Source of the DNA: Sphaeroforma arctica JP610
Taxonomy: Eukaryota
Direction: 5' to 3'
NCBI RefSeq assembly: GCF_001186125.1
Contig: NW_014040422.1
Span: 17,862-54,290 of the forward strand
DNA: 36,429 nt
Shown: positions 1 through 12,919 of the stretch, one piece after another
How positions within the stretch are numbered: position 1 is the stretch's first letter
Layout of the letters: each line of letters begins with the position of its first letter
Notes under the pieces: model-generated
What the model was told of the DNA's origin: nothing
The model's input: the letters and a program-made list of their open reading frames with translations, nothing else
Database searches by the model: none
Translations under genes and position numbers: made by a program

Positions 1-504
1 GGTTTAAGGGGGCTTTTACTACACGAGTGTCATGGGCAGACGATCTCCAAAACGACACCAGGGGGGCAATCAGATACGGCCGCATCCCATACAACCCACT
101 TGGACCTTCCAGGGGAGGCATGCTCCTCTCTTGACTACCACGTCCAATTCCGCAATGAACAACATTCACACTCAATCTTCAATGAATCGCACAAACCACT
201 CCCTCCGAGTGTTATGGGCAGACGATCTCCAAAACACAAGAATCTTAACAGTAAATGCACATCAACACAATGCAACCCGACACACACACTTATCCGAACG
301 TGAGCTACACCTCAAGCAAAAGTACACACGCGCTCTGGCAAAAAAACAACGCGCATGACAACAAAATAAAGCTGACAAACAGTATAGACGATATGCACTT
401 CAGCACGCACGTACAAGTGTCAACAAGGCACTGTCCTCCGTCTATGTGCCACCTCGACTAGTAGACAGCGATGATGAGGACGACGAACATAATCCCTCCT
501 TCCG

Positions 505-1790
505 CATGCTTCACATCCACATGCCTTCCATTGTACAATTATTCATTTCGCATCCACATGCCTTCCATTTCACATTCTGTGACCTTCCATTTCATATCCA
601 TCGGCCTTCCATCCTCTAGTTTCACATTCACATGCCTTCCATTGCACAATTATTCATTTCACACTTATATCCTNNNNNNNNNNNNNNNNNNNNNNNNNNN
701 NNNNNNNNNNNNNNNNNNNNNNNNNNNNNNNNNNNNNNNNNNNNNNNNNNNNNNNNNNNNNNNNNNNNNNNNNNNNNNNNNNNNNNNNNNNNNNNNNNNN
801 NNNNNNNNNNNNNNNNNNNNNNNNNNNNNNNNNNNNNNNNNNNNNNNNNNNNNNNNNNNNNNNNNNNNNNNNNNNNNNNNNNNNNNNNNNNNNNNNNNNN
901 NNNNNNNNNNNNNNNNNNNNNNNNNNNNNNNNNNNNNNNNNNNNNNNNNNNNNNNNNNNNNNNNNNNNNNNNNNNNNNNNNNNNNNNNNNNNNNNNNNNN
1001 NNNNNNNNNNNNNNNNNNNNNNNNNNNNNNNNNNNNNNNNNNNNNNNNNNNNNNNNNNNNNNNNNNNNNNNNNNNNNNNNNNNNNNNNNNNNNNNNNNNN
1101 NNNNNNNNNNNNNNNNNNNNNNNNNNNNNNNNNNNNNNNNNNNNNNNNNNNNNNNNNNNNNNNNNNNNNNNNNNNNNNNNNNNNNNNNNNNNNNNNNNNN
1201 NNNNNNNNNNNNNNNNNNNNNNNNNNNNNNNNNNNNNNNNNNNNNNNNNNNNNNNNNNNNNNNNNNNNNNNNNNNNNNNNNNNNNNNNNNNNNNNNNNNN
1301 NNNNNNNNNNNNNNNNNNNNNNNNNNNNNNNNNNNNNNNNNNNNNNNNNNNNNNNNNNNNNNNNNNNNNNNNNNNNNNNNNNNNNNNNNNNNNNNNNNNN
1401 NNNCATTTCATATCCATCGGCCTTCTATTATCTAGTTTCACATGCACATGCCTTCCATTGCACAATTATTCATTTCGCATCCACATGCCTTCCCTTTTAC
1501 ATTCTGTGACCTTCCATTTCCTATCCATCGGCCTTCCATTCTCTAGTTTCACATCCACATGCCTTCCATTGCACAATTATTCATTTTGCATCCCTATGCC
1601 TTCTATTTCACATTCTTTGGCCTTCCATTTCATTTCCATCGGCTTTCCATTCTTTAATATCACATCCAACGGACTTCCATACTCTAATTTCACATCCAAC
1701 TGACTTTCATTCTCTACATTCTACATTTCACATCCAGCGGACTTCCATTGCACAATTCTTCATTTCACATCCAACGGATTACTTTTGCAC
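505..1790. repeat. Minisatellite, ~111-bp unit built from CCTTCCATT/TTTCACATCC subrepeats, interrupted by an N gap
   Basis: CATGCCTTCCATTG recurs at 520/631 and at 1447/1558 (period 111); the array degenerates towards 1790. Confidence 0.85.
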
Positions 1791-2328
1791 GATCCCAGAA
1801 GCTTTCCGTTTATGTAGTTCATTGAGTCTGTGAGTGCATAAAATAATGTATGTGAGTGAGACGGCGAATGACCACAATTTATACGAACGGTATGATATAC
1901 GAAAGGATACACGGCATACCTGTAAATCACAAGCCCTTCTCTCTTTCTTCTCAATCGACAATTCTGAGAGTGGTGGAAAGATAAAAAGCGACGAGTAGAG
2001 TATAAGGCCATGATTATAAATAATGGCATTCGCATTATTGTTACATTCTTTCGACAGATGTTGAGTACTACATACCTAGGTACATCGTACCCACGTGCCA
2101 CACCATGCCGGCTTAACAGTGGCATATCGTATCTCATGCGAAAATGACAAATATTTCCCAACTGCATGTCTCATTGATATATTTGTATATATATTATGTT
2201 TTTTTTAAAGCGTATCGGTTTGTATTGTACGGTAGGTAAGTTTAGAAAAACTATTACTACTTCGTCACTCTGTTACTTTGTCCGTAGGTATGACAATGAA
2301 AGCGTTTGTATATTTAACCCTAAAACCC

Positions 2329-2456
2329 ATGGTCGCAAGGGTAAGCGTCATATGTAAGGGACGCAGCGTAAGTGTCAAACTTAGTGGTCGCAAGTTTCAG
2401 GCGCAATTTTAACGCGTCAGACTTGAGTGCAAAAGTTAGACTTAGTGGTCGCAGTC
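2329..2456. repeat. Short dispersed direct repeats (ACTTAGTGGTCGCA), possibly the subterminal region of a transposon remnant
   Basis: GGTCGCA core at ~2331, ~2386 and ~2447, immediately after a telomere-like TAACCCTAAAACCC. Confidence 0.35.
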
Positions 2457-3223
2457 TTAACTGATCTCTAAATCTTTATGTTTGTTTTCGTTTGAAGGTT
2501 CATACAAAACATACTTTTCTTTATTTTTAAAAAATACACAAGGAAGATATTTATGAAAGGAAGCGGTGTTTGGCCGCTGGCGTCTTCAAATACATAATGA
2601 ATTGTATTCTGCAGTTTTCATAATAGAAATTAAATTGGTACAGTGCCGTTCGCCATAGCTTTCGAAATAGGACATAGAAGACTATGACCCCGCTTTGAAA
2701 CAACCACAAACTAAAACGTCGCTTCCAGACATTTTAGATGTCACTTTCAAATGCTTTGCTATGTTGATCTAATACGTGATTTTATTCCTGATACAATTTG
2801 TGTTGTTCGAGGGACTTTAGTGGCGATATACAAAGCCAACTCTCTAACTTACGCATGTGATTGTTCTGAGCAACTATGCGATCAAGGATAAGAGATATAA
2901 ACAATGCATGAATATGTGCAAGTCATTTTGACTTTATTGGACTGTGTAACACTGCCAAAAAAGTGAAATAGGACTACTTCAAACTATCCGAGTTTGTTGT
3001 AGAAACTATGCATTCTGGAACTAAATGGAAAGAGGCTGCTAACGTAGTAAGTTCACTTGTATACCAACACCAGCTTGGGTGTGGTGTCTAAATTATTTTC
3101 GGATGGATACCGGAATGTCGATTCTGACATAGCCAAGAGTAATTACGAAATGTCTCTCCTATACCGAACAAAGACGAAAACGTAATGCATAGTACATTTC
3201 CATAACTTCACAGGGGACATTGT

Positions 3224-6200
3224 TTACGCGATGTTCGCCCATAGGGATATCCCGGTAACTACAATGCCGAAGACCGCAAAAGGGATGCATACAATTCGCA
3301 TCCAAGTCCAGCCGTCTTCCTCGTAGGCCTTGTAGTAGAGCACTGCCGGTAACGTAAAACTAAGGTTACTGCTCAATGCTCCACTTACGGACATCAGTGA
3401 GTTCAACGACAGCTCTAAATAGGCAATGACCAAGACCTGCACAAGTGTAAATTAGTAGCAATTCAGTCGGAAGCTGCGGGAAGAGATAGACGCTGGTAAC
3501 TTGAACGGCTGGCAAACATGTGTTGTGAATGTAAACCTCGTGTGAAGGATATAGAGGCGTGCTTTCTCATTAAGGAAATGGCAGAGTTTTTTTTGATACA
3601 AAATAACTAAATATGAAACAGGGGCAGAAGGTATTTACAAGACACCGAGACTACGGACTATCAGTGATAGACATGAGCGGTGCATGCACCGTGTTTTCTA
3701 GTGGTTTGTGTGAAAGGATGTATGGCAAGAAAATCCGGTTTGGCTGATTTAAAAACAATATAATATAATGGCGTAGTGTGTTAATCGTAAAAGAAATTGT
3801 AAGGAGCGCCCTTGAAACCCCTCGCAGCGAATACGGTAATTAAAACTATTGACTTTAAATAGAGGAATGCCATAAGCAAACGCCTTGAAAAAACATATAC
3901 ACAATTTGACCTTCAAATTATGCTTTTACAATGATCGTCGTTGCACGGATCTAGAGCTGATTAGGTACATATTCATCGACACCATTTTCTCACTCAAACA
4001 ACTTACCAATAAATTCAGCAGCACCGCAAAAATGTAGAATACGATGTTACCCGTCTTGGTAGTGTTATCTGCAATATCGTTGGCCAAATCCACTTTCCCC
4101 GTGTACTTAACAAGAGTCGAAATACCATGCAAGAAGCCGTCTCTCGACGAATGCATCAACAGCGGATACGATACCGTGACCACAAAAGCCATACCGAATC
4201 GCGCCAGTGAAGCGACTACCGATATGGGGTAGGAATCTAGGATATTCTCGGCTACATGCGTGCCGTATGTGAAGTAACCACAAAGAGATATGGTAGCATA
4301 CAAAACGGAGCAGACACACATTGCGATAGCTGACGACAACGTCATGTTATGCTTGGATTGGGTCTCTAACGCGTTATATATGTTGAACATTGTCGGAGCG
4401 CAGCAAAACGATAAGACAAAGACCGGAAAGGCCTTCATGAAATCAAAAAAGCCGCCATCGAACATTTTAGGTTCCGTGTAACATTCCTCGGCAGGAATGC
4501 CTTCGCATGGATCGAATATACCTACACAGTAAGCAAACACAACAAACACTGTGTAGCCGACTACGCCAACGGCCACCACCGATATGTGGCCCAAGTAGTA
4601 GGTGGATTTAAGCAGAGATAAGCCAGCCCCAATCGCCCAGCATATGAGCAACCAGAACCACTTCTGGACGTAAAAGGAGTCCTCGTCCTCGTGATCACCT
4701 GTGACAGTTCGCACAACGTCCGGAAGCACTTGCATAGCTACCGTCATAAACCTGAAGAAAAAAAACCGTATACCAGTGAGAATTCGAAATAGTATTATTC
4801 GGGTTAATGGAACAACTATACTATGTGTTAAAGTATACAACCACCTTGAGGCCACCACGTTCCACTGATGTAAAGGACAACAGCAGGTGGAAGAGGCAAC
4901 GAAGTACTGAATACAAAGCTGTATCTCGTACGGTATTGGCAAAGTTAGGCAAATCCCTCCGTCTGCACATGTACGTATATTACCGCAAAACATTATGTTT
5001 TATCCGTTGGTGTGAATGAAATTTGCAAAGCTGTGTGGCCAATGGATATGTGTTTCTTTTAGCGATGCTTATGCATATTTACGCAGTCCCGCCCAGAAAG
5101 TCACTTACATTGTGCAAATCAAGAAGAACGGCAGAAAGGCGAGGAAATCTGTGATCAATACGAGCCACGGATACGTCTCTTGAGTGACTGCACCGAAAGA
5201 CGTTTGACGTCCTCCGTGCTTATCCGCAATATACCCTATGAGCACTAACCCACACCACGTGAGGAACGAGCCCAATAGCAGTATACATACGGCCGACAAC
5301 CACCCCACCTGTGCAGTCGAGTAAGGAAGCGAAAGACAACCTGCCGGTCCGTGAATCGCATGTTAAAATCAACCGAAAAAGGAAGTACATTGTTGATGTA
5401 AAAGCACTTGAAAAGTATTTCTATGCAAGTTGGTATGAAAATGGACAAAAACAAGTGTGGTGTGGCCTAATCGGCCAGAGTTCTGGGATTGTCCTCAGCC
5501 GGAAGACTAAAGTCCTATATATAACACGTGGTTTAGACGACGGACCAATTAAGTATAAGCGTTTGTGCATATGCACTGTGCGTGTGCAGCGCCACAAGCC
5601 GATATGCACTCTACATAGACAGTATCTGCGTACTGTAACTGTGGTAGCTGTGGACGTTTGTGTAGATTTGATGCGTATACCATGGTCAGTGCAGTCCAAG
5701 TGAAAGTACTCAGCTTTTAACTATAATGACACAGTCGAAGATATATGTAAGAAATACCATCATAGGGTAGTCTGCACAAGCACGTAAACTGTCATATGCA
5801 TAAAACCACATGTATGCAATATCCTTGAGAGTAGGTCAGGCAATCGAGTGCAGGGCAAGTGCTCGACCGAGATTCAACAGCTCAGTTTTTTATGTCCGCA
5901 TCCATACTCTTTTCGCACAATGGTATGATATTCAGTAGAACAGACACGACGTGAATAATATATGCTGTGAATCCTGAAGATATGCATCTAAATTACATGT
6001 ACATGGGAGGATATATAGAGATGCGAATAGAAGACGCAACACAAACATAGTCCCGTCCCCTCACTATAATAGAGGTTGGAAGATGAACATTCCAGGTCAG
6101 TGCCACTCAAAATACTGTTGTAAGCTGGAAGAAACCGTACAAGGGTATTGACCGCGATCCCAATGGTGTAGAGGTGTGACTGACAGAAACATAGAACAAT

Positions 6201-7351
6201 GAGTAATTCGCACTTACCCCTATTGGAAGAGTACTTATTTTCATTTGAACACCAGCACAAACGTGCAATATTTTAATCTAATCAGTCATGAATCTGCAGA
6301 TATCGAGAAAAAAAATCATTTTCAGATATACAAGCTGATAATGATAAATATGAGTGTACATATACGTTTATTTTTATACACACAATTCGAGTCTGACAAA
6401 CACAAATGTCATCACTTTGTTTAGATCAAATACACATTGAAATCTACAAAACGTATGCACAAGAGCCAAAACTCGAATATTTCTTAACCGAAGGCAATCG
6501 CCTAGTGTCTCCTACAATGACTGTGTAAACATATAAACATGCTTTAAAGGTACCAAAACAAGGATAACAGCTCGATATCATACGTATTTGAATGCGAAAC
6601 ATGCGAGCACATGAGCCACTAAATTGTATATAAATCAATAATAGCCAATGTACAGTATGTATTTGCATGTCCATATGTTTTTTTGGGTATATCTGGAAAC
6701 ATCTTTACATCTTTACATATGCATATAATATATATATATATATATAAATTGTTTCATAGTATATTTATAAATGTATTTACACACACGCACACACACACAT
6801 ATATATATATATATATTATATAATGTTTCATAGTATATTTATAAAATGTATTTACNNNNNNNNNNNNNNNNNNNNTTATACACACACACACACACACGCA
6901 CACACACACACACGCACACACACACACACACACATATATGTATATATATATTTGATCTATTGTGGTCAATGTAGGATCAAGAATAGCGTGCGGCGGCAAA
7001 CAAACTACGGTAGCAAATGTTTCAAAGTATCACGACTTACAGCGCACTGTGAGGTGGCTACTATGTATATACAACGGAACAAGACGATACATATATACCT
7101 GAGCCTATGATTGTATTTGTCATATTCATAGAAGTAGTGAGGATCCCACTGCCGTGCTTGATAGGCTCTGCATCAGATTGAAATGAAATACCATCCAAGT
7201 CCATCGATTCAACTTGATGTAACAGGTTTGGATCGACTTCCCCCTTCTTCGATTTTACAGTGGCTAAAGACCGACTCCTGCCGTCCCCCAAGCTTACAGT
7301 GCTCTCCATTTCGGATTCCCGGGGATGATGGGATGCGCTATAAGAACTCAT
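3224..7351 (-). CDS. Amino acid transporter, Aa_trans (SLC38/AVT-like) family; spliced. Exons 7351-7099, probable micro-exons, 5308-5109, 4751-4007, 3436-3224
   Basis: Motifs NMTNTIIGSG, GW..A, AFPVFVLSFCC.PTMFNIYNAL, GYFTYG..V..NIL..YP, VSYPL and SFTLPA..YYK; many hydrophobic helices; GT-AG joins are in frame (ICTM|FMTV, LLNLL|VLVIA). Confidence 0.9.
6723..6951. repeat. (TA)n/(CA)n microsatellites within an intron
   Basis: Visible dinucleotide runs around a short N gap. Confidence 0.9.
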
Positions 7352-7364
7352 AATGTAATAACTA

Positions 7365-7500
7365 TTTTATATATATAAATATATATATATGTGTGTGTGT
7401 GTGTGAATTTTTAATAAATATATATACATATATATATATGTGTGAGTGTATTTTAATATATATGTGTGTATTTTTAATATATATATATATGTGTATGTAT
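7365..7500. repeat. (TA)n/(TG)n microsatellites upstream of the transporter start codon
   Basis: Visible dinucleotide runs. Confidence 0.9.
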
Positions 7501-7899
7501 GCGCTTCCTACACATTGTTTGAGGTGATTTATCGTGTATGCGTACATATATGAGTGATAATACGGCCGTCTATTTACACATGCTCTACATTCTACAATCT
7601 ACATATTTGGGAGAGCACCCAGGCGTACAGGCCTCGGGCCCGCCCCAGGGCCAGCACTGAACTACAGTAAAAAATATCATACAGCTTAAAATTGAACAAA
7701 AATATGAAATATGTATTTTTTATATAAAATTTAGACGAAGGCTACATCTGGTAATATGTAATATGTATTTTGTGCGCACCTCGAACGGCTTATTTTGTAA
7801 ATAAAATATAATAAAAACATTTTAACTATAAAAAAAGCTAAATAGCAGAGATGCTCATCACAGGCTCATCACCATGTATTGATAAAATGTGTGTAAATA

Positions 7900-7983
7900 T
7901 GTAGAGTGTAGACTGTAGTGTAGACTGTAGAGTGTAGACGGTAGCGTGTAGACTGTAGAGTGTAGTCACTGTAGTCTGTAGTA
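7900..7983. repeat. 7-bp simple repeat (GTAGACT/GTAGAGT)n
   Basis: gtagagtgtagactgtagtgtagactgtagagtgtagac... Confidence 0.8.
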
Positions 7984-8262
7984 CATATGTACGTCATACC
8001 GTGTATGGACCATTTGTATACAATATACATAAATAATTAAAAATACAGTAAAAAAATAAAAAAATTGATACAGTTTCGAATTTCAAAGTTCCAATTTCCA
8101 TCACGATGATCACGTATGTTTAATGTATTTGTTTATTTTTGCTTTTAAAATCAAAATATCAAATATCAAAAACGACATACAGATTACAGTCATACTGACT
8201 ACTGAATAGAAAAGTTAAAAACAGAAACAAATAATTAGAGAGAAAGGGATAGGAGTAGAGAA

Positions 8263-8488
8263 TATAGAGACCAATAAAAGCTTTATTCCTGAGAGACTGT
8301 TTTATTAATTGAATATTACTTGACATTTTATGTCAATAAAACTGGACTAGTGTCTATTTGTCCGGAGTCCCAAATGGGCTGATGAGTAAAAATCATAAGT
8401 GTTAATAATAAGAGTAATGTGGATGCGAGGACCACTTCACTTCTACCGGATGGCTTCTAAGATAGTTGAGCAACTTTAGTGCTTAATA
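8263..8488 (-). repeat. Copia 3' LTR (226 bp)
   Basis: Homologous to 13941-14165; preceded on the minus strand by PPT AGGGGGGA (8489-8496). Confidence 0.93.
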
Positions 8489-8578
8489 TCCCCCCTGAAG
8501 CTATACTGTAGTGGGAGCGGGTATGAAGGAGAAATAGTTTAAGGAACGTGTCAACGTCGTCGGCGACGAGTGCGGAGA

Positions 8579-9070
8579 CTACCAATATGGGGCAGGTAGT
8601 AGTCTGAAGGAGCGGTAAGTAACATTGAGGTATAGTGTTCGTGTTTGCGACGGCCCAGACTTTTGGGTAAGAAGGTCGGCCGGATTGTCGTTTGTGGGGA
8701 TGAAGTGTATGTCTATCATTTTTCGTCGCGCGCAATCGCGAATGTAGTGCTCCTTAATTTCTATGTGTTTTAGTCCTTTGGGAGTACCAGTGCCCAAAGC
8801 GACTTTGATTACAGCCTGGTTGTCGATGTGAAGGCTAGTTGGTGTTGTGAGCGTGTATTTGAGTGCATGTAGTAAATTTCGTATCCATGCCAACTGTCGA
8901 GTAGTGTCGGCTGCCACTATGTATTCTGCCTCACTGCTACTATTCGCCACTGTTTTCTGCTTCGAAGGCTTCCATAATATGGGAGTACCGTTGAAGTTGA
9001 TTAAAGTACCGGGTTGGGAGTAGCGAGACGTGAGACATGAGCCCCAGTCAGAATCCAAGTAGGCTTGAAT
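8579..9070 (-). pseudogene. Copia RNase H
   Basis: DSDWG...PILWKPSKQKTVANSSSEAEY...DNQAVI...KHIEIKEHYIRD...NPADLLT. Confidence 0.92.
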
Positions 9071-9089
9071 AGCAGTGTCAATTTTCTGG

Positions 9090-9870
9090 TCAAGTGTCTT
9101 CGTGTGATATGTGAGAGTGAAAGGATTTCGTTGCTGCTAGATAGAGCAGGACTTGCTGTAGAGCTGTCCCATGTTCTGTGAGAGGAGAACTGCTACACGA
9201 AGCTAATTGGTTGAGTGTGCATGCGATGTCAGGTCGAGTCATATTTGCGACAAATCCCAGTGCTCCTAATAGCGATCGATATTTGACTTCACAGGGGGTG
9301 CTTGCTAGGGACGATGAGTGTTTTTCGGTGCCTGGTGTGGATTTATTGGGTGTGTCATGCAGGTTGAAATTTGGCATCATTTTGTCGATATATGGCTCCT
9401 GACCAATGGATATGCTACCGGCAGTATTTTGATCAATTTTAAAGCCAACCAGATGACGTGCACGACCTAAGTTCTTCATCAGGTATTGTTTTTCGAGTTG
9501 TGTGAAAAATCAGATGGCATGGGATGTGCCCCATGGTATGGCTGGTACAACATCGTCAACATAAAGTATAACGGTGATCTTCTTTTCGGCGTGGTCCCAT
9601 ATGCATTCGTCCCCTTTGGTTTGGACGAAACCCATGGAGGTAAGCTTGTTCTTGATGTCGAAGTTCCAGAGTCGACAGAATTGGCGAAGGCCATAATGTT
9701 CACGTTTGAGACGTAGGACCGTGCTCGGCGGTTAATGTCCTAAATCAACGGCCCCTTTAGGAGGGTGCATATAGACAGGGACCGGAATGTCCGCAATGTC
9801 ATACGTCGATATCCTTCTTCTGAAGGGGCCAGTCGGGGGCCTGCATGGCCTTCGCTATACTCTTGGAAAC
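9090..9870 (-). pseudogene. Copia reverse transcriptase, frameshifted and partly deleted
   Basis: MKNLGRARHLVGFKI, QEPYIDKM, YRSLLGALGFVANMTRPDIA are Copia RT C-terminal motifs. Confidence 0.85.
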
Positions 9871-10399
9871 CGTAGAGTCCATGAGGGACATCGTTTCGAC
9901 GAGAGTAATGTTGGCACTAGTAGAGGGCTGTACAGATTTAGCCTGGAGAGGATGGGAGTTAAAGCGACTGGCACTGATGGCTTCAAAATTAGCGCGCGAT
10001 TCCGAGAAGATGTTTTGGCCACGGAGCTTACTTGCTTTGGCCTGAACGTGGAGGGATGACAGGTCGGAGTGGTAATCATTAGGAGTGGCAAAGGAGAAAT
10101 TTGAGTCGGATGATAGATCGTCAAAAGTGTTCAACATGTCTTGCACTCTGTTGGAGCCAGAGGAGAAATGTCCAGGTGGGGATGGGGACGAGGAGGGGGG
10201 GGGGGGGGAGTGAAAAATAGGGACTGGTGGGGAAGAAGTCTGGGGCTATGAAGATGCCGGCGGCGAGGGTGAAGCCTGAGGAGTGGGAGGGGAGGCAGAG
10301 ACGAAGGGGACCTGAACTGTTGTGATACGTTGGAGGGGATCGAACCATTTTGTCGGGATGATATACGAATGAGGGGTGTCCGAGAAGGCAGCCCGTTTG

Positions 10400-10625
10400 C
10401 CATTGGGGTTTGAGGTCGACGGGTGGGAAGAAAACTGATATTGCGTGTGTCGTGCTGGCGTTGGGTGTGTAGACTTTAGATGCGCCAGTTATCGGGGGTA
10501 CTAGTCTTCGATCGACCTAACAGAACTCCGTAGCCGCCCTGAGTTTCGATCTTATGACAGTCTTTTTGTGCTGGACTTTCAAGTCTAAAGATGACAAGAC
10601 AGCCAAAACGAGCGTCGACAGGTCG
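10400..10625 (-). pseudogene. Copia integrase C-terminal (SH3-like) region; the integrase core is missing
   Basis: FGCLV...K...GYGVLLG...WRI pattern typical of the segment after the Copia rve domain. Confidence 0.65.
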
Positions 10626-10629
10626 AGGG

Positions 10630-12087
10630 ATGTTTCCTGATCTTTCTAATTGATCTACATATTCGACAGTCAAGTCTTTCATAATAGTAGCTAACTGATT
10701 GTTAAGATCAGCGTATTTAGTAATCAACTTACTTATGTGCTTCGGCTTAGAAGTCTCGGACGTAGATTCGGTTTTGCTACTTGAGCTTGCCTCCTCTTCT
10801 GGTTCCATAATAGGTTCCTTCTGAGATTTGTCCTTGTCCCCTATAATCGGGTACTTTCCTTTCTGATTTTTGTCAGAAGAATGGGTTGGGGCGTCTTGAG
10901 ACGTATACCTTGTCTCACTTCTTGGCTTCGTTAATGCAAGCTTTGAAGTTGAGGCAATAGTTGACCCTCGGGCTCTGTCAGATGGAGTAGTCTCCTAAGC
11001 GGAGTGGTTACTTCTTTATCTCAAGCATTGTCTTTTTGACTATAATTGTCAGAGGCAAGTACTTTGGCTACCGTGCTCTTAGATGCATCGGAAGCGGCGT
11101 CGGGTGCTTGTGCAGCAGTAATAGCTACAACAGCGCTAACGACTTCTCTCTCCATCTTCTTCTTTTCAGCTCTACGCTTCTTAGAAGGAGTGTTGTCTTT
11201 CTTTTTTATAATCTTAACTTATGACTACTAGCTTGTCTCTTAACAACTAGCTTAGACAAGTGAAGAAGAAAATGTTGTGGTAGTTAACTTACCTTTACGT
11301 TTAAGTAGTCTAAGTAATTAATACTTTCGCTAACTTTAAAATGTGTAAGATTCGGTCTAATAAAAGGGATACTAATGCCTTAGAATAAATAAACGCGTAG
11401 CTAAATTCTATATCGTGTAAATATCGATATAAATAAACGAAATGAGACGTTAATAAAGTTAGGTTTGCCTCGTGAAAACAGCAATAATCTAAGCGATTGT
11501 GAGGCTGAGACATTGCCTATATATAATCCTCTCAGTACTGTTTCCGCCGAAGGGATTTTATTTAGTGTTTCGTTGTCGCTCTATTCTGGGGCGAATCCGA
11601 GAGACTCATAAAATCTTATCTTTAGAAAAAAGAAATAAAAATAAAAATACTCTTGACGTCTTTAGTTATTGTCTTAACCAATAACTTGCCACTATCAAGA
11701 ATTACCGACGTAGCCTTCATCAGACTGGCACATCTGGTTAGCTTATCGGAGGATCAACTAGGTAACGTTAATAGTTCCTAGAAACCTATATTCGGTTGAG
11801 TCATCTCGCTACCGAAGTATTCAGATATACATAAAATTGGAAAGTAAATAAAGCTCTATTAATAGAACTAGACCAACTCTTTTATGTTTGGTATTTTACT
11901 GAGGCCTTTTAACGGCCTCATACAAATATCTGATATGTTAAATGGAAAAGGTTTATTTAATAATACCATTAAAACCAATTTTAGGAAACTTAAGTTCTTC
12001 TTACTATTAAGAGTACGTTTATAATTTGCGTACTGCTTAAGAGTACGTTTATACATAGAGTCTATTGTGGAGGTCCGGCTTATTACA
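10630..12087 (-). mobile_element. Nested AT-rich insertion, probably the 5' part of another LTR element, interrupting Copia pol
   Basis: Abrupt compositional change; begins TGTAATA on the minus strand exactly where the Copia frame stops; contains basic/low-complexity ORF pieces. Confidence 0.5.
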
Positions 12088-12225
12088 CACTGGGGCTGCA
12101 AAAACGGGGCAAGAGCGCGGCCTTGTTAGAGGCAAAGAGATCGATGGTGGGGTTGTAGTTAAGGAACGACATGGCTGTAGTTAAATCGTGCTTATTGAGC
12201 ATCCACTCTTCTGTCTTGACATCTA
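12088..12225 (-). pseudogene. N-terminal part of a Dam-like N6-adenine methyltransferase domain in Copia pol
   Basis: EEWMLNKHDL...NPTIDLFASNKAALLPRFCSP matches the W.L...DLFA..N..LPRF block also seen in the Gypsy copies in this window. Confidence 0.7.
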
Positions 12226-12269
12226 CGGGAGGCTTGTGTGTGAGCGTGATTTCTTCTTTTGCCACCATT

Positions 12270-12880
12270 TCAAGGTGGTAGAGTGACTCAAATGGCCGAT
12301 GTTGCGATGATACTCGTCATAGGTGCGAACAATAGGAGGGCCAGAGACATGAACCGGAAGGGTTGGGAGTGGCAACAAAGGAAAAGGGGGGCTACACGTA
12401 GAAGAGTGAAGAGTGCCAACCGGGGAAAGGAGGTGGCAAGAAAAGTGTGTGATGTCTGGGGGGGAGGAGCAGCTGTCGTAAGAGGTGTAACCTGAGGAGA
12501 TGTAGAGGCGCGAACTGCTGGAGGAGAAGTTGCAAGGCGCGTGATGTCCGCATATGATATCCGGTAGCCTCCTTGAGTGCGAGTGTCGTGAGAGAATTTT
12601 GGCCATGAGATAGGATAAAGGTAGTCTGCCGGGTTGGGAAAGTGAGAGTATAACCAGTGTCCTGCAAACCGTTTTGAGAAACAATCTGTTGTGGGACAGT
12701 GGGACTGAGGTAGGTGCTACTGAGTGGGGGTAGGTCGCCACGTTCAGTGATAATACGCTGTGTATCGTCAGCGAGGAGAAGGGGAAAAGACCCTGTCTCG
12801 ATGTTTGTAAGTAAATGCTTGGCGGAGGAGTGGAGAAGATTTACGCCCGCACCACCATCTATGAGGAGCATATCGTTAAG
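12270..12880 (-). pseudogene. Copia aspartic protease and GAG-pre-integrase (His-His) region
   Basis: LLIDGGAGVNL (DSG-like), IVSQNGLQDTGY, then YHRNIGHLS in an adjacent frame. Confidence 0.8.
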
Positions 12881-12919
12881 AATGGGTGTAGCCTTGTGAA
12901 CATTGGCTCAGCGTGGAGT

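Noticed and set aside
32..461. Short ORFs and a 21-bp direct repeat (TGGGCAGACGATCTCCAAAAC at ~33 and ~215)
   Set aside because: No recognisable domain; likely a repeat remnant cut by the window edge
471..1703. Long ORFs (250-410 aa)
   Set aside because: They are artefacts of the N gap and of the 111-bp (multiple-of-3) minisatellite
10476..10808. 110-aa ORF as a real gene
   Set aside because: It is a chimera spanning the junction between the nested insertion and the Copia integrase tail
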